This document shows positions 1 to 11,403 of a stretch of 64,000 nucleotides of DNA, one piece after another. Position 1 is the stretch's first letter; each line of letters starts with the position of its first letter. The position numbers and the translations under genes were made by a program. This DNA comes from Raillietiella orientalis. Lineage: Eukaryota. A model generated the notes under the pieces. That model worked only from the letters and a program-made list of their open reading frames with translations, was not told the DNA's origin and ran no database searches. The stretch is from positions 62,001 to 126,000 of the forward strand of contig JAYWIR010000093.1 of NCBI GenBank assembly GCA_036172245.1. Direction: 5' to 3'.

Positions 1-2300
1 ATGGGTCGCGCGCCTGGGGAGAATCGCGGAGTCCTTGATAAGTCCGGAGCAGACGTATGCTGTTCCGGGGCGGTCCATGTACGCAAATCTCTTCTTCGCG
101 CGAAGATGGTTCGAGTTGCAGCAGCGCGTGGCGCCGCAGAGCCAGTCAGCCGAAATCGCCGCTGCCAAAGGTAAGCGGCGGTGTTCAAGGCACGATGGAA
201 CGGCGGGAGCCTTAGCGGTCGCGTCGATCTCTGCAAAGCGTTCGACAGCGTAAACCAGGACCTTCTTCTGGAGCTTCTGGGACGCCTAGGCCTCCCGACG
301 CACCTCATCGCCTACTTGCGCTCCTCCTGGCGTCACGCGTTATGCTGTATCTCTTTCAGCGGGCGCAACGTGTACGGCGTTCCCATATGGCGAAGTATCA
401 AGCAGGGAGACAGCTTAATCCCCTTGCCCTTCAGCATCTTCTTTGAGTTGGTGCTGAGTGCGTGCAAGCTGACGCTGGCCATCCTGCCGAGCTTCTGTCC
501 GGGAACTTCGGCCATGGCCCCCTATTCTTACGACATTCTTCTTTTGCTGCCCATGTCCACCCCGGCGTCCAGGCTCAAGGACTTCTTCGAGCTCATTCGT
601 CGGGGAGCGGGCCTGAGCCTGAACAGGACGAAATCAACCGTTGTACCGGTTGGCTCTACGTGGGAGGGGCAGTCCGACTGGATCCGCCTGGGGATCCCCA
701 CGGGCAGGTGCTTGAAGTACCTCGGCGTTCCCTTGGGCGCCTTCTGCCCAGCAGAAGCGTGGTCGGACTGCCTTCACAAGGCCGAGACTGCTCTAGGCCC
801 GTTCCAAAGCGGCAGGTTTCTCCTGTCGGAACAGGCCTTCGTGTGGAACATTTTCGCTGCCCCCTTCCTCCGTCCCCTCTTCTTGGTTTGTCCCCCTCTC
901 TATTCGGCTAAGCGCCGGGCGCAACGCCTGTTGCGTAACGCCCTGTGGGGACCGGCGAGGTCCAGGATCCGCCTGAAGGACTTGGCGGCTCCTCGGCGGG
1001 ATGCAGGATTGGGCATCCTGACGCTGAATCGGATCGGACTGCTAGTGCAGTTCCGCATCCTGGCACTTTGTGCGCAGCTCTGGACTACTCCCTGGTGTGC
1101 TGCAGCGCGGCTGCTGCTGCGGCGCTGCACGGGTGGCGACGGACTACGTTCGTTGCATCTGCGCACGGAGCGCGCCCTGAGAGGATTCGGCTTACCTTTG
1201 AAGCAGCTCGCCACGCTTCTGGGAAAGCATGAGTGGATCTCCTGCCGGCTGACGAACTTCAACGCCTGGAGGCAGGAAGCCTTATCGTCCTGGGCAGCGC
1301 AACAGGATGTGTCCCGTTTGGAACTCCGTTGCGTGAAACTTTCCCCATACTGTCCAGTGGGGGAGGTGCTTGAAGACGAGAACGAGTGGACACACCTAGC
1401 CGCTACGCCCCTCGCAGAAGCACTGTGTGCATTCATGGTGGAAGACGACAGTGATCTGTAGGCGAGGTGGGAGGTAGTGTGCAAAATCGCAGGCGAAACC
1501 CGACTGCTGGGCGGCTGGAGGACTTGGGAGCTGACAGACACTGCTACTCCTCGCCTTCGTGCCAAGGGACTTTTCTTGTGGAGCGAGAACTTCGGGGTGC
1601 CCACCGTAGAACTTGTGGTCCCTTCTGCGTGCTTGGACACGACAGTCTTCCCCCTTCGTTGGAAACAGGACGCTTTTGTGCTGGTGCATTGGGGTTTGTA
1701 CTGCAACGTGCGCGCGCACCTCGTTTCCGGGAGAGGTGCGTCCCCGAACTGCGCAACATTCGGAGCGGTGGAATCGCTTCCGCATTTCTATTTGAATGCG
1801 GTGCCCTCCAGGAGCTGTGGCAGCGGCTGTCTTCAGCGCTCCTGCACCCTGGACACACCTCACTGGATTGGATGCGCCGCTTCTACACGCGTGGCGGACT
1901 TTCTCTTGGAGCGGTCGTCGCAATCATCAGCTGCGTCCGCGCCATTGTCAGGGCCCGCCACGTATTGGAGATGTGAGCAGTCCCAACATCGGTCCACGAC
2001 ACCGCAGCCTGCAACCTGCAAATGGTTTTCGGGTGGCCATTAGATTGGAGCAGAAGTGAGGACGGAGATCGGCGGCATTCACCGCCGGTTCTGAGAATAG
2101 GAACGGTTAGACGGTATACCCCTGTCCACGCCCCCCCACCCAGTTTATCTATTTATTGTCCCACCCCCTTACGTTCCCAACTCTCAGTGTGCCCGGACTG
2201 CGTTCCGGGAAATCTACTCCCCATTTTCTGTTCCCCTTGCATGGGAACACAGTTCCCAGTTGATGTTATAATAAACGTCCCGGCGCAACCGGGTAATAAA
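1..2300 (+). mobile_element. Element A: 3' part of L1/Tx1-like LINE (RT + C-terminal Zn finger + 3' UTR), runs off window start, inserted antisense into ORF1 of element B
   Basis: RT motifs SPEQTYAVPGRS, DLCKAFD, SIKQGDSL, decayed YSYD, KYLGVP, RRDAGLG; Zn finger C..FG..ESLPH. Frameshifts and stops at 1459 and 1974. Ends in AATAAA-hairpin-TAATAAA at 2270-2300, then abuts B ORF1 sequence. Confidence 0.92.
2270..2300 (+). terminator. 3'-terminal stem-loop of element A: AATAAA-CGT-CCCGG-CGCAA-CCGGG-T-AATAAA
   Basis: Read directly; same architecture at 3' ends of C, D, E, G. Confidence 0.8.
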
Positions 2301-3444
2301 CGACAACGCTGCATTCTTAAATTTGCTCGCTTGCCTGCTGTTTTTTCTGGCGGCACGCGTGCTTTTTCTCCATCCTCCTCTCCTTCTTTGATTTTTTGGC
2401 CGTAGCCACCTGCCACCCAGGCTCCTGGCTTCTTCCCTCGACTTGTTCGGCGTTGTTCGCCGGGGTCTCGGGTGCGGCCTGGGCTTTGGGCGCCGGTGGC
2501 ACAGCCTTGGCGGCAGCTTTCGCCGCCAGCCTTTTCTGCAGCAGACGGGCGCGTTTTTTAAGGTTTCTCTTGGAAACCACCCGCACTGCTGCTTTTGGGC
2601 ACACCTCCCTCGTGTGACCCATTGTGCCGCATACTTGCCACTGCACGTTGGGACACCTCTTTTTGAGGTGGCCCGACGTATTGCAGAAGCCACAGTATTT
2701 CGGCTTCCCCACATACCAGAGGTCGACGGTGTCGCCTTCGACCACCAGATTGTGGGGAAGAGTGCAGCCCTCCCGAACGGTCACGCGCGCAGCAGTGAGG
2801 CCGTGTTGCAGCCCCGTGTAGTCCTCGAAAGGACTTACTTTCGTCCACTGCGCGTGGACCGTTCCGAACTGTTCCAGAGCGGCGCGAACCTGTTCTTTGC
2901 GCATTCGCGCGGTTACGCCTAACAGGTGGACCACCATGCTGCGGTCCGCCGTAGTGGGGAGGAGCCTGCGCGTCCCCATCACAACGGGGGTTTTTAGCAG
3001 TCGTTGGGCCAGCTCTGCATGTTTGCAAATGACCTCAACGTACTGACCCCCGCCTCGGATGGTCATAGCGCTGAGCTCCTCCTCTTTCACATCGAGAGCG
3101 CGCATGCCCTTCGAGAAGGCGCGCGCGCTCTCTAAAGAATATAAATTGCCTACCTTGTATAACAATGATGGGTTGCACCCCTCCTCTACATAGGCCGACA
3201 ATTTCGCCGCGGCTGCAGGCGATGGCGCCGACACAACGGCGCTCCACGCCCGCGCTGCAGCGGGGACCGGTTTTGTGGTAGCGGACGCCCCCACCTCCTT
3301 CGTCACTGAAGGTGACGTTTCCGCCGCCCTCTGGCACTCCACCTTCTCTAGAGGCGACGTTGAAGCCGCCACCTGGCACTCCATTTCTTCAGGAGGCGAC
3401 GTTGCCACCGCCCCCTGACACGCACTGGTGGTCGTGTCAGGCAT
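2301..3444 (-). pseudogene. Element B ORF1, gag-like with two CCHC zinc knuckles, truncated
   Basis: CGFCNTSGHLKKRC and (W)QVCGTMGHTREVC; ATG 3444 (MPDTT); interrupted at 2301. Confidence 0.85.
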
Positions 3445-3540
3445 TGCTGCCTGATCAACCTCCGAACCACACGACGCTTGCACTGGGGGAGACTTCCTGG
3501 CACGAGGAGCACCGAGAAAACACGTTCGCCCTATAGCGCA
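2301..3540 (-). mobile_element. Element B: 5' end and ORF1 of a LINE of the same family as C, cut by A
   Basis: Close to 19497-20693 (near-identical centrally, indels in N-terminal repeats); 5' motif at 3517-3527. Confidence 0.9.
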
Positions 3541-3554
3541 CAAGGCGTTCGATT
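3541..3554. repeat. Left TSD of element C (CAAGGCGTTCGATT); also the 5' flank of B
   Basis: Identical 14-mer at 20694-20707 on the other side of C. Confidence 0.9.
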
Positions 3555-3772
3555 TTCACTTGGATTTCGCCGGGGCTTTTATTGTAAAATAAACTTTTAC
3601 AAAGACGTGCGGTGGCTGTACAATTGCTCCAGCCACGCACGAAGAAACACAGAGCCTGCCGGGTCGCCGGTTCGCAGACCGGTACGGTCCACCACGGAAG
3701 CAGGGGGAAGCAAGAAAAAAACAAAAAACAAAACAAAAAAAGAAAGGAAATTTGGGAAGGTAAGGGAGGGGA

Positions 3773-6700
3773 TCACAGTTGCTGGTGGGGCCGTTGCATC
3801 CTTTGCAGGATGCCGGCAAGCTCCTTCTGTATTCCTGGATCCAGGTGGGGCCATCGGGACGCCCTCGTCAGGAACTGGGAGGCTGGCTGGATGGCACTCT
3901 GGTCGCATTGTCCTCCCGTAGCCTTGCTCCAAGCGGTGACGATCCCGCGTAGGCAGCACAAAGCTGCTAACGAGGCCGCTGGCCGAAGTGAGTCGGCAAC
4001 GAAGAGGGCTTTCAGTGCGTCCCTGGGGTTGCCGCAGGGGATTCCGATGGCCGCGGCAAAGCGAAACCAAAGGGGCCGAAGGGCAACACAATCCACTAGC
4101 AGGTGGGGGAGGGACTCCCGTTCCCCACAGCTGACGCAATTGGGGTCCACCGCTCCCCAGGTCCAGTGGTGTCGGCGGGCGTTGCAGGGGAGTCCCCAGT
4201 GCAGCAACAGGAGAGCCGACTCCTGCCATTTTAAGGGGAGGGCGGAAGTGTTCATGAGCACCGGGGGCCACTTCAGATGTTCAATGGGAACATCGAGCAG
4301 CGCGCCCCAACGCAGAAGTCCATTGGGAGGCGTACTCGGGGTCGCAGCGTCTGTTAACTGGCCCGTCTTCCACTCTCCTATCTTCTTCTCCTTTCCGGAG
4401 ATTGTTACTGTAACCACCCACTTCGCCGCAACATCGCTGTCCAGATCTTCCATCAGGGAGGGCAGCGCAGCAGCGAGGGCGGTTCTTCCTGCCCACGCTC
4501 TCTTCTTTGGATCCTCCAGGATCTCGCGGAGCGTGCAACTTCTGTAACCCCCAAACAGGAACCTTCGTTCCTGTTGGGAGCGTTGCATGCCGAACTGTCC
4601 CCACGTTCGAGCGGTTTCCTGCAACCAGGCACTACCGTTCAAAGGGCGACAGGTGAGCAATCCTGGGTTTTTGCGATACAGCGCAGCCACCCTCCGTAGC
4701 TGGAGTCCGCATCGGTTGACGCGGCGACGGAGTGCAAGAAAGGACGTGAGTCCCGTCTTGCCGGTGGCTTGCTGGAGAAGGAGACGTGCAGGGACGCACC
4801 AACAGGTGCACCACAACTCTGGAACGAGTGCCGACAAGCGGAACTGGAGCTGAAGCTCCAGCCGCTCCAGCATCAGGAGGCCGAGACCACCGTCCCGACG
4901 AGGAGCGCACAAGTCCTTTAAGCGGACTCGGGCCCTCCCGTTGCCCCAAAGGGAGATACGGAGGAGGTCCTTTGTCCGCTTTTTAATTCTCTCTGTGGGG
5001 GGGCAAACAAAAAGCAGTGGGCGGAGGAGAGGAGCCGCGAACGTGTTCCAAACCGCGGCTCGTTCAGGCAGGAAAAACCTTCCGCCTCGGAACGGGCCGA
5101 TCGCCGTCTCTACCTTTTGGAGGCAGCCGGACCACGCTTCCGCAGGGGAGTAGTCCCCCAACGGCACACCAAGGTACTTGAAGAACCTCACCGTGGGGAT
5201 CCCCAAACGGACCCAGTCCTGCTGCCCTGCCCACGTCGCACCAACTGGCATCATGGACGACTTCGCCCTGTTCACCGTAAGTCCGGTTCCCCGATGCAGC
5301 AGGTCGAAGAACTCCTCGACCGCCGCAGCCGGGGTGGACATAGGGAGGAGCAGCACAAGGTCGTTGGCGTATGCTGAAACGGCCGGCGTACCGGCACAGT
5401 CGTGCGGCAGGTGCGCCAGAGTTCCCCTGTACGCTCTCAATACCAACTCAAAGTAGGTACTGAAGAGCAAGGGGCTCAGGCTGTCTCCCTGCCGGATCCC
5501 ACGCCGCACCAGCACGCCGTGCAAGGTCTGCCCGCTGAAAGTAACATTGATGAAGGCGTCGCGCCAGCAGGAGCGCAGATAGGCCACTTATGAGGCCGAG
5601 AAGCCCAAGCGTTCCAGAAGCTCCAGAAGGAGATTCTGGTCGACGCAATCGAATGCTTTTCGCAAGTCGATTGCGACCGCAAGGGCTCCCTCCCCCACCC
5701 GACCATCCAACCCCTTGCCGGCGCACGCACCGGAATTCCGACTGCGCACCAAGCTCCGTTCATGTTGGAGCTCTAGCCAGGTGGAAGCGTGGAACAGGTT
5801 CGCCTCCATGCTTCGCCCGGGAACAGCATATGTCTGTTCCGGGCTGATGAAGATGTTGGCAACCCGTCCCAGACGCTCTGCCCACATCTTTGCTATCAAC
5901 ATGGCGTCCGCATTCACTATTGTGATGGGACGCAAGTTGTTCATGCTCCTCAGATTTCCTCCCTTAGGGAGGAGCCGCCCCTTTGCCGAACGAAACGAGG
6001 CGGGAACGTCGCATGTTTCGCGTATCAGCAAGGTGAGTTGCTGTACCAGGGGGGTAAGCTCAGCCGCGAAAGTTTGATAAAACTTCGCGGGCAGGCCGTC
6101 CTCCCCTGGAGCCTTTCGCCTCTTGAGCTTTCCGATGGCCGAGAGGATCTCGTCCATCGTGAAAGGCTCGTCGAGGGTCTTTCTCTGCTCCTCCCCGATC
6201 GCTGGAGCGCCTTCCGGAAGCAGGAGTCGTGAGACGTTCCTCTCCGGAGGTGCCCTGGCATACAGGGAGGAGTAGTAACTCCGCAGCAGGCCGCGGATTT
6301 GGGCGGGTGCCGAGTGCTCCTGGCCCTGATCGTCCAGTAAGCTGGCCGATCCGGACTGCCAGGCTTGCCTCTCGGCTCCCGCTTTGTATTCCGCCAGCCT
6401 GCAGATGTCGGGGGTCCTGACGTAACGACGGGCCTGCAGGTAGGCTCGTTCGTAACGGACCCCGGTCCCAAAACCCGTAGGTAGGCGGTGCAGAGGGAAC
6501 TCGTCGCAGAACTCGTGGACGTACCGCTTGAAGCGGTCCTAATCCTGGAGTGTCCGCAGCCTGAAGCTCCGTATGAACGTGCGGAGATGTTCCGCCGCGT
6601 CCGGGAGCTTAAGCCAGTCCCCTGGGAGACGCCACGCTGACGAGGGGGGACCCCTGTCGCGCGGGTGGATCTCGAGGACTAGCGGGCGATGGTCGGACAG

Positions 6701-7354
6701 CTCGCACGGTAACTTGCCGCGCCTGCCCACGCGAGGGCACAGGTGCTCGTCAAGAAACACGTGGTCAATGCTTTCTTCCATCCCCGGTGCACTGGCCAAC
6801 AAATTACAGGTGTGCACCGCCATGCACACCTCGTTGACCAGGTCACGCTCGGGATTCTGCCCATCTGGTTTCAGGCGAACGTTGAAATCGCCTGCAACCA
6901 GATGGGCATTCCGCACGCCTGCTTCGGTCATCCAGTCTCGCCGGAGGGCAAGGAAAAACTCTTTCCTCGCCCTCCTGTTCATCAGGTCCGTGCCGCTCGG
7001 TGCGTACACGTTCGTGATGATCAGATCGATCGAGTCGGACCACCTGAGAGTCAGCTGGCCGGCACGACCGTGATCGTCGAATCGCACGCCCCGAGCCGCG
7101 GCCTCGACGGCTGGCCGAAGCAGGTAGGCGACACCGCAACTTTTCGCTCTCCCACACCTGCACCATAGCCGCCCTCCGGAGATCCGTTCGATCTCTTGCG
7201 CTTGTTCTGCAGAGATCACGTGGATCTCCTGCAGCAGTGCAAGGTCGTAGGAATCCAGAAGGGCGGCCATGTCTCGTCTCCTGCCGGCGTCTGTCATGCC
7301 GTTCACGTTCCAAACGGCGATGCGCAGACGACGGCGGGAGGAGATTCCCGGCAT
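3773..7354 (-). pseudogene. Element C ORF2 (APE endonuclease-RT-Zn finger), disrupted
   Basis: WNVNG, LQEIH, NVYAP, AGDFNV, IDH, SDH; KAPGEDG, LRPIT, DLRKAFD, GIRQGDSLSP, YAND (YADD mutated), YLGVP; CVSCGERESLPHLLVDC. Stops at 6539 and 5588. Confidence 0.93.
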
Positions 7355-7953
7355 TACTGCTGGGAAGATCAAGGTGTGGGGGAGCCCTCCTCTTGCGAGG
7401 CGGGCGGGATGTCCATGGGGGTTTCGGCCTTCTCAGGCACCTGAGGCGCCTGTTCGGCCTCCACCCCCTCCATCCCCTCCGTGTCCGCGCGTGGGAGTCT
7501 CTGGGGCGACGGGTCCCGAGAGTTTCCCACGCTCATGGCACCCTCGCTTGCGGAAGCCATCTCTTCCCCTTCGACGGGGGAGACGAGCTTCGTTGGCTTT
7601 GTGAACTTACGTCCAGCCTTCTTGCGCGGTGCCGTGGAAACGGAGGCTGCGCTTCCGGCCTCCACCTCGGGGTCGGAAGTGGGGGACTCCTGAGGGGAGG
7701 CCGGACGCCTTACGGCCTTCTTGCCAGCCTTGGAGGTTTACACCCGGGTACGCCCGGGGCGTTTATTTTTTAAAAAAACAACTCTACATCCGCGGTACAA
7801 GGCCCCGCTCACGGCCATATGCACTGGACCTGCCGGGACGCCGGGACGCAGCCCAGCGTAGCGTTCCTCAGCAGCGAAGGGGGATGGGGATAAAACAAAA
7901 AGAAAAATTAAAAACATAAACAGACAAAAAGAAGTTCGAGGGCAGGGAAGGGA

Positions 7954-10900
7954 TCACTGAACGCTGTGAGGAGGGCCCATCCGTTGAAGGAAGCCCTTGA
8001 GGTCCGTCCGTATATTCCCCAGTTGGGGCCATCCGGCAGCTCTCCGCATGAAGCGTTGGGCGTATGGGACGACATCCCTCGCGTGTGGACCCACTCCTTC
8101 GTTATTGGCGTCGCTCCATGCCGCCACGATGCCACGGACACAGCACAAGGCTGCGATGGCTGCGGCTGGCTGCAGTGCGTCCTTCACGAAGAGGGGCCGA
8201 AGAACGTCTCTAGGGGTGCTGCCCGTAGGGAGACCTAGGGTCGCCCCGAACCGTTCCCAGAGGGGTCGGATGGCAGCACAATCCACAATAAGGTGGGGAA
8301 GCGACTCCCGCTCCCCGCACCTGGCACACGCAGGATCCACAGCTCCCCTCGTCCAGTGGAAGCGGCGTGCGTTGCAGGTTAGACCCCAGTGCAACAAAAG
8401 CAACGCCGACTCTTGCCACTTGAGGGGCAGGATCCTGGATTCCTTTAATACCGGGGGCCACTTCAGCACATCCGTAGGGATGGCGAGCAGCTCGCCCCAT
8501 CTCATTAGTCCACGCGGCTGGACGCTCGGGGTCGTGGCGTCCGCCAGTTCTCCTGTGGTCCAGCCGCTTAACATCTTCTCCCTGCCTGCGATCTGGCAGG
8601 TGACTTGCCACCTCGGCTTCTGGCAATCCTGAAGCGCCCTCAGGAGGTAGGGCATCGCCGTAGCAAGGGGGGTCTTCAACGCCCACCTGCGACTCCGAGG
8701 AAATTCCAGTATTTCCCGCAGGGTGCGGTTGACGTATGGGCCGATTCGCAGGCAGTTCATGTGGTTTTCGCTCCTCCGGTTCAGCTTAGCCCATGTGCCA
8801 GCAGACTCCTCCAACCAGGCGGAGCAGTTGGCGGGGCCACAAACCATCCAACCGTTCGTCTTCGCCAAGGTTGCTATGCGTCCGAGCATAAGGCCGCATC
8901 TTCGGATCTTCCGGCCAGGGCACAGAAGAAACGACGCGAGTCCTTCGCATCGGGACACACGCCTGGCGAGGTGGCGGGCCGGAACGCACCAAGGGGTGCT
9001 CCACATCTTCGCTGCGATGGCGAGGGTTCGCCACCGCAGCTGGATTTACACCCGCTCCAGCGTCAGGAGGCCAAGGCCGCCGTCCCGACGCGGAGCGCAC
9101 AAGTCCTGCAGAGGGACTCGGGGCCTCCCCTTGCCCCAAAGGGCGATGCGGAGGAGGTCCTTCGTCCTCTTTTTGCATTCTCTGGGGGCGGGGCAAACAA
9201 AAAGCAAGGGGCAGAGGATGGGGGCCGCGAAGGCGTTCCAAACCGCGGCCCGTTCCGGCAAGTGAAACTTGCCTTCCAGGAACGGGCCGATCGCCGTCTC
9301 GACTTTTTGAAGACAGCTGGACCACGCTTCCGCAGGGGAGTAGTCACCTAACGGCACACCAAGGTACTTGAGGCACCTCGCCGTGGGGATCCCCAGACGG
9401 ACCCAGTCCTGCTGCCCTGCCCACGTCGCACCTACTGGCACCACCGACGACTTCGCCCTGTTGACCTGCAGTCCGGTCCCACGGCTGAGCAGATCGAAGA
9501 AGTCTCCGACCGCCTTCGCCGGGGTGGAAATAGGTAACAGGAGCAGAAATTCGTCGGCATAGGCTGCTACGGCGGGCGTGCCGGGACACGAGCTAGGCAA
9601 GGAGGCCAGAGTCACCCTGTAGGCTCTCAGCACCAACTCAAAGTAGGTGCTGAAGAGCAGGGGACTCAGGCTATCTCCCTGCCTGATGCCCCGCCGCACC
9701 GGCACGCCATGCACCTTCTGACCGCTGAAAGAGACGGAAATTATCGCATGGCGCCAGCAGGAGCGCAGGTAGTTGATCAAGGAGGGTGGGAAGCCCATAC
9801 GACCCAGGAGCTCCAACAAAAGCCCCTGGTCAACACAGTCGAACGCCTTATGGAGATCGACTGCGAGCGCTAAGGCCCCCTTCCCCGCCCGGGAGTCCAT
9901 TACCTGCCCTGCTGGCGGCCCCAAAGTGGGGTTGCCGATTTTTCCTTTCCCTTCCTTTTGACACCTCTGCGCGTGCATCCACGTGCTCGCGAAGAAGAGG
10001 TTGGCATCCATACTTCGCCCGGGAACAGCATATGTCTGCTCCGGGCTAATAATGGATTCTGCCACCTGCCCCAGACGCGAAGCCTATAGCCCGGCAACCA
10101 ACTTGGCGTCCGTATTCACAATCGTGATCGGACGCCAGTTGTTCAAATTCCTAAGGTCTCCCCCTTTCGGAAGGAGCCTCACTCTGGCTGACCGAAACGA
10201 GGCGGGAACATCGCCTTCGTCTCGGATCAGCCTTGTCAGCTGAAGCAGCAGGGGCGCCAGCCCTTCCGCGAAGCTCTGATAGAACTCCGCGGGCAAGCCG
10301 TCTTCCCCTGGAGCTAACCGCCTCTTGAGCCTTTTGATACCGGCGAGAATTTCGCCGGTGGTAAAAGGCTCATCGAGGCTTAACGACTCCTCCTCCCCTA
10401 TTGCCGCGGCACCATCCGGAAGCAAGAGCCGAGAGGCATCTTGATCCGGGGGCGCTCTGGCGTAAAGGGAGGAATAATAACTCCGCACGAGATGCCGTAC
10501 CGACGCCGGGGACGAACATTCCCGGCCCTGGTCGTCCAGCAAGCTGGCCCACCCGCATTGCCAGGCTTGGCGTTCGGCCCCGGCGCGGTACTCGGCCAGG
10601 AGACAGACATTAGGGGTTCTCTCGTACCTACGAGCCTGTAAATAGGCCCGATGGTTGCGAGTACCCTTGCCGGATCCGGGGGGCAGGCGAGCCAGGGGGA
10701 ACTGCTCGCATAACTCCCATACCGATTCCTTAAAAAGGTCCCAGTCCTGGAGATTCCGGAGCGTGACGCATCTCAGGTATTCGCGAAGGAGTTCCTTCGC
10801 ACCTGAGAAACGCGTTCAGTCCCCCGGCAGACGCCAATCCCTGGATGGCAGTCCTTTGTCACGAGGCCGCACCTCGAAAATTAGCCTGGAATGCTCCGAC

Positions 10901-11090
10901 AATGTCGACGCAACCCTCCCCCGTTTGCCGACCCGTGAACACAGGTCAGCGTCGAGGTAGACGTGGTCGATGCTGCGGACCATTCCCCTCTCACCCGCGA
11001 ACAAGTTGCGCTTACGCATGGCGGCGCACAACTCGTTCATCGCGTTCTGTTGTGTTTCTGGCTCACCTGTTAGAAAACGGAGATTGAAAT
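7954..11090 (-). pseudogene. Element D ORF2, C-terminal part (end of EN, RT, Zn finger)
   Basis: FNLR, SIDHV, APGEDG, NWRPIT, DLHKAFD, GIRQGDSLSP, YADE, YLGVP, CARCGERESLPH; stops 10816, 10084, 9046. Confidence 0.92.
11082..11090. repeat. Left TSD of element E (GATTGAAAT; right copy GATCGAAAT 16994-17002)
   Basis: 8/9 match flanking E; removal restores the GDFN endonuclease motif of D. Confidence 0.75.
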
Positions 11091-11403
11091 TTATCACCCG
11101 GTCACGCCGGGGCGTTTATTAATAATAATAAACTGGTCAGGGACAATTCCCCCAGCCAACAGAACGATAGAGAACATAGAAAAATTACCGGCACGCAGGC
11201 TTAGTAAATAAACCGCTCGCAGCGTGGGGGGAATGAGGGGAAACAAACAAAAATCAAAAACTGGAGGGAAGGGCCAAGGGTTTTTGGTTAGGCTCCGTAC
11301 TCACGGGGATTTAAACGATAAGCACCTTAAATGTTCCGGAGCCTATGGGGACGCGGGTGTACAATAAAAATACAAGATTAGTTTATGGAGGGTAGGGCAA
11401 TGA

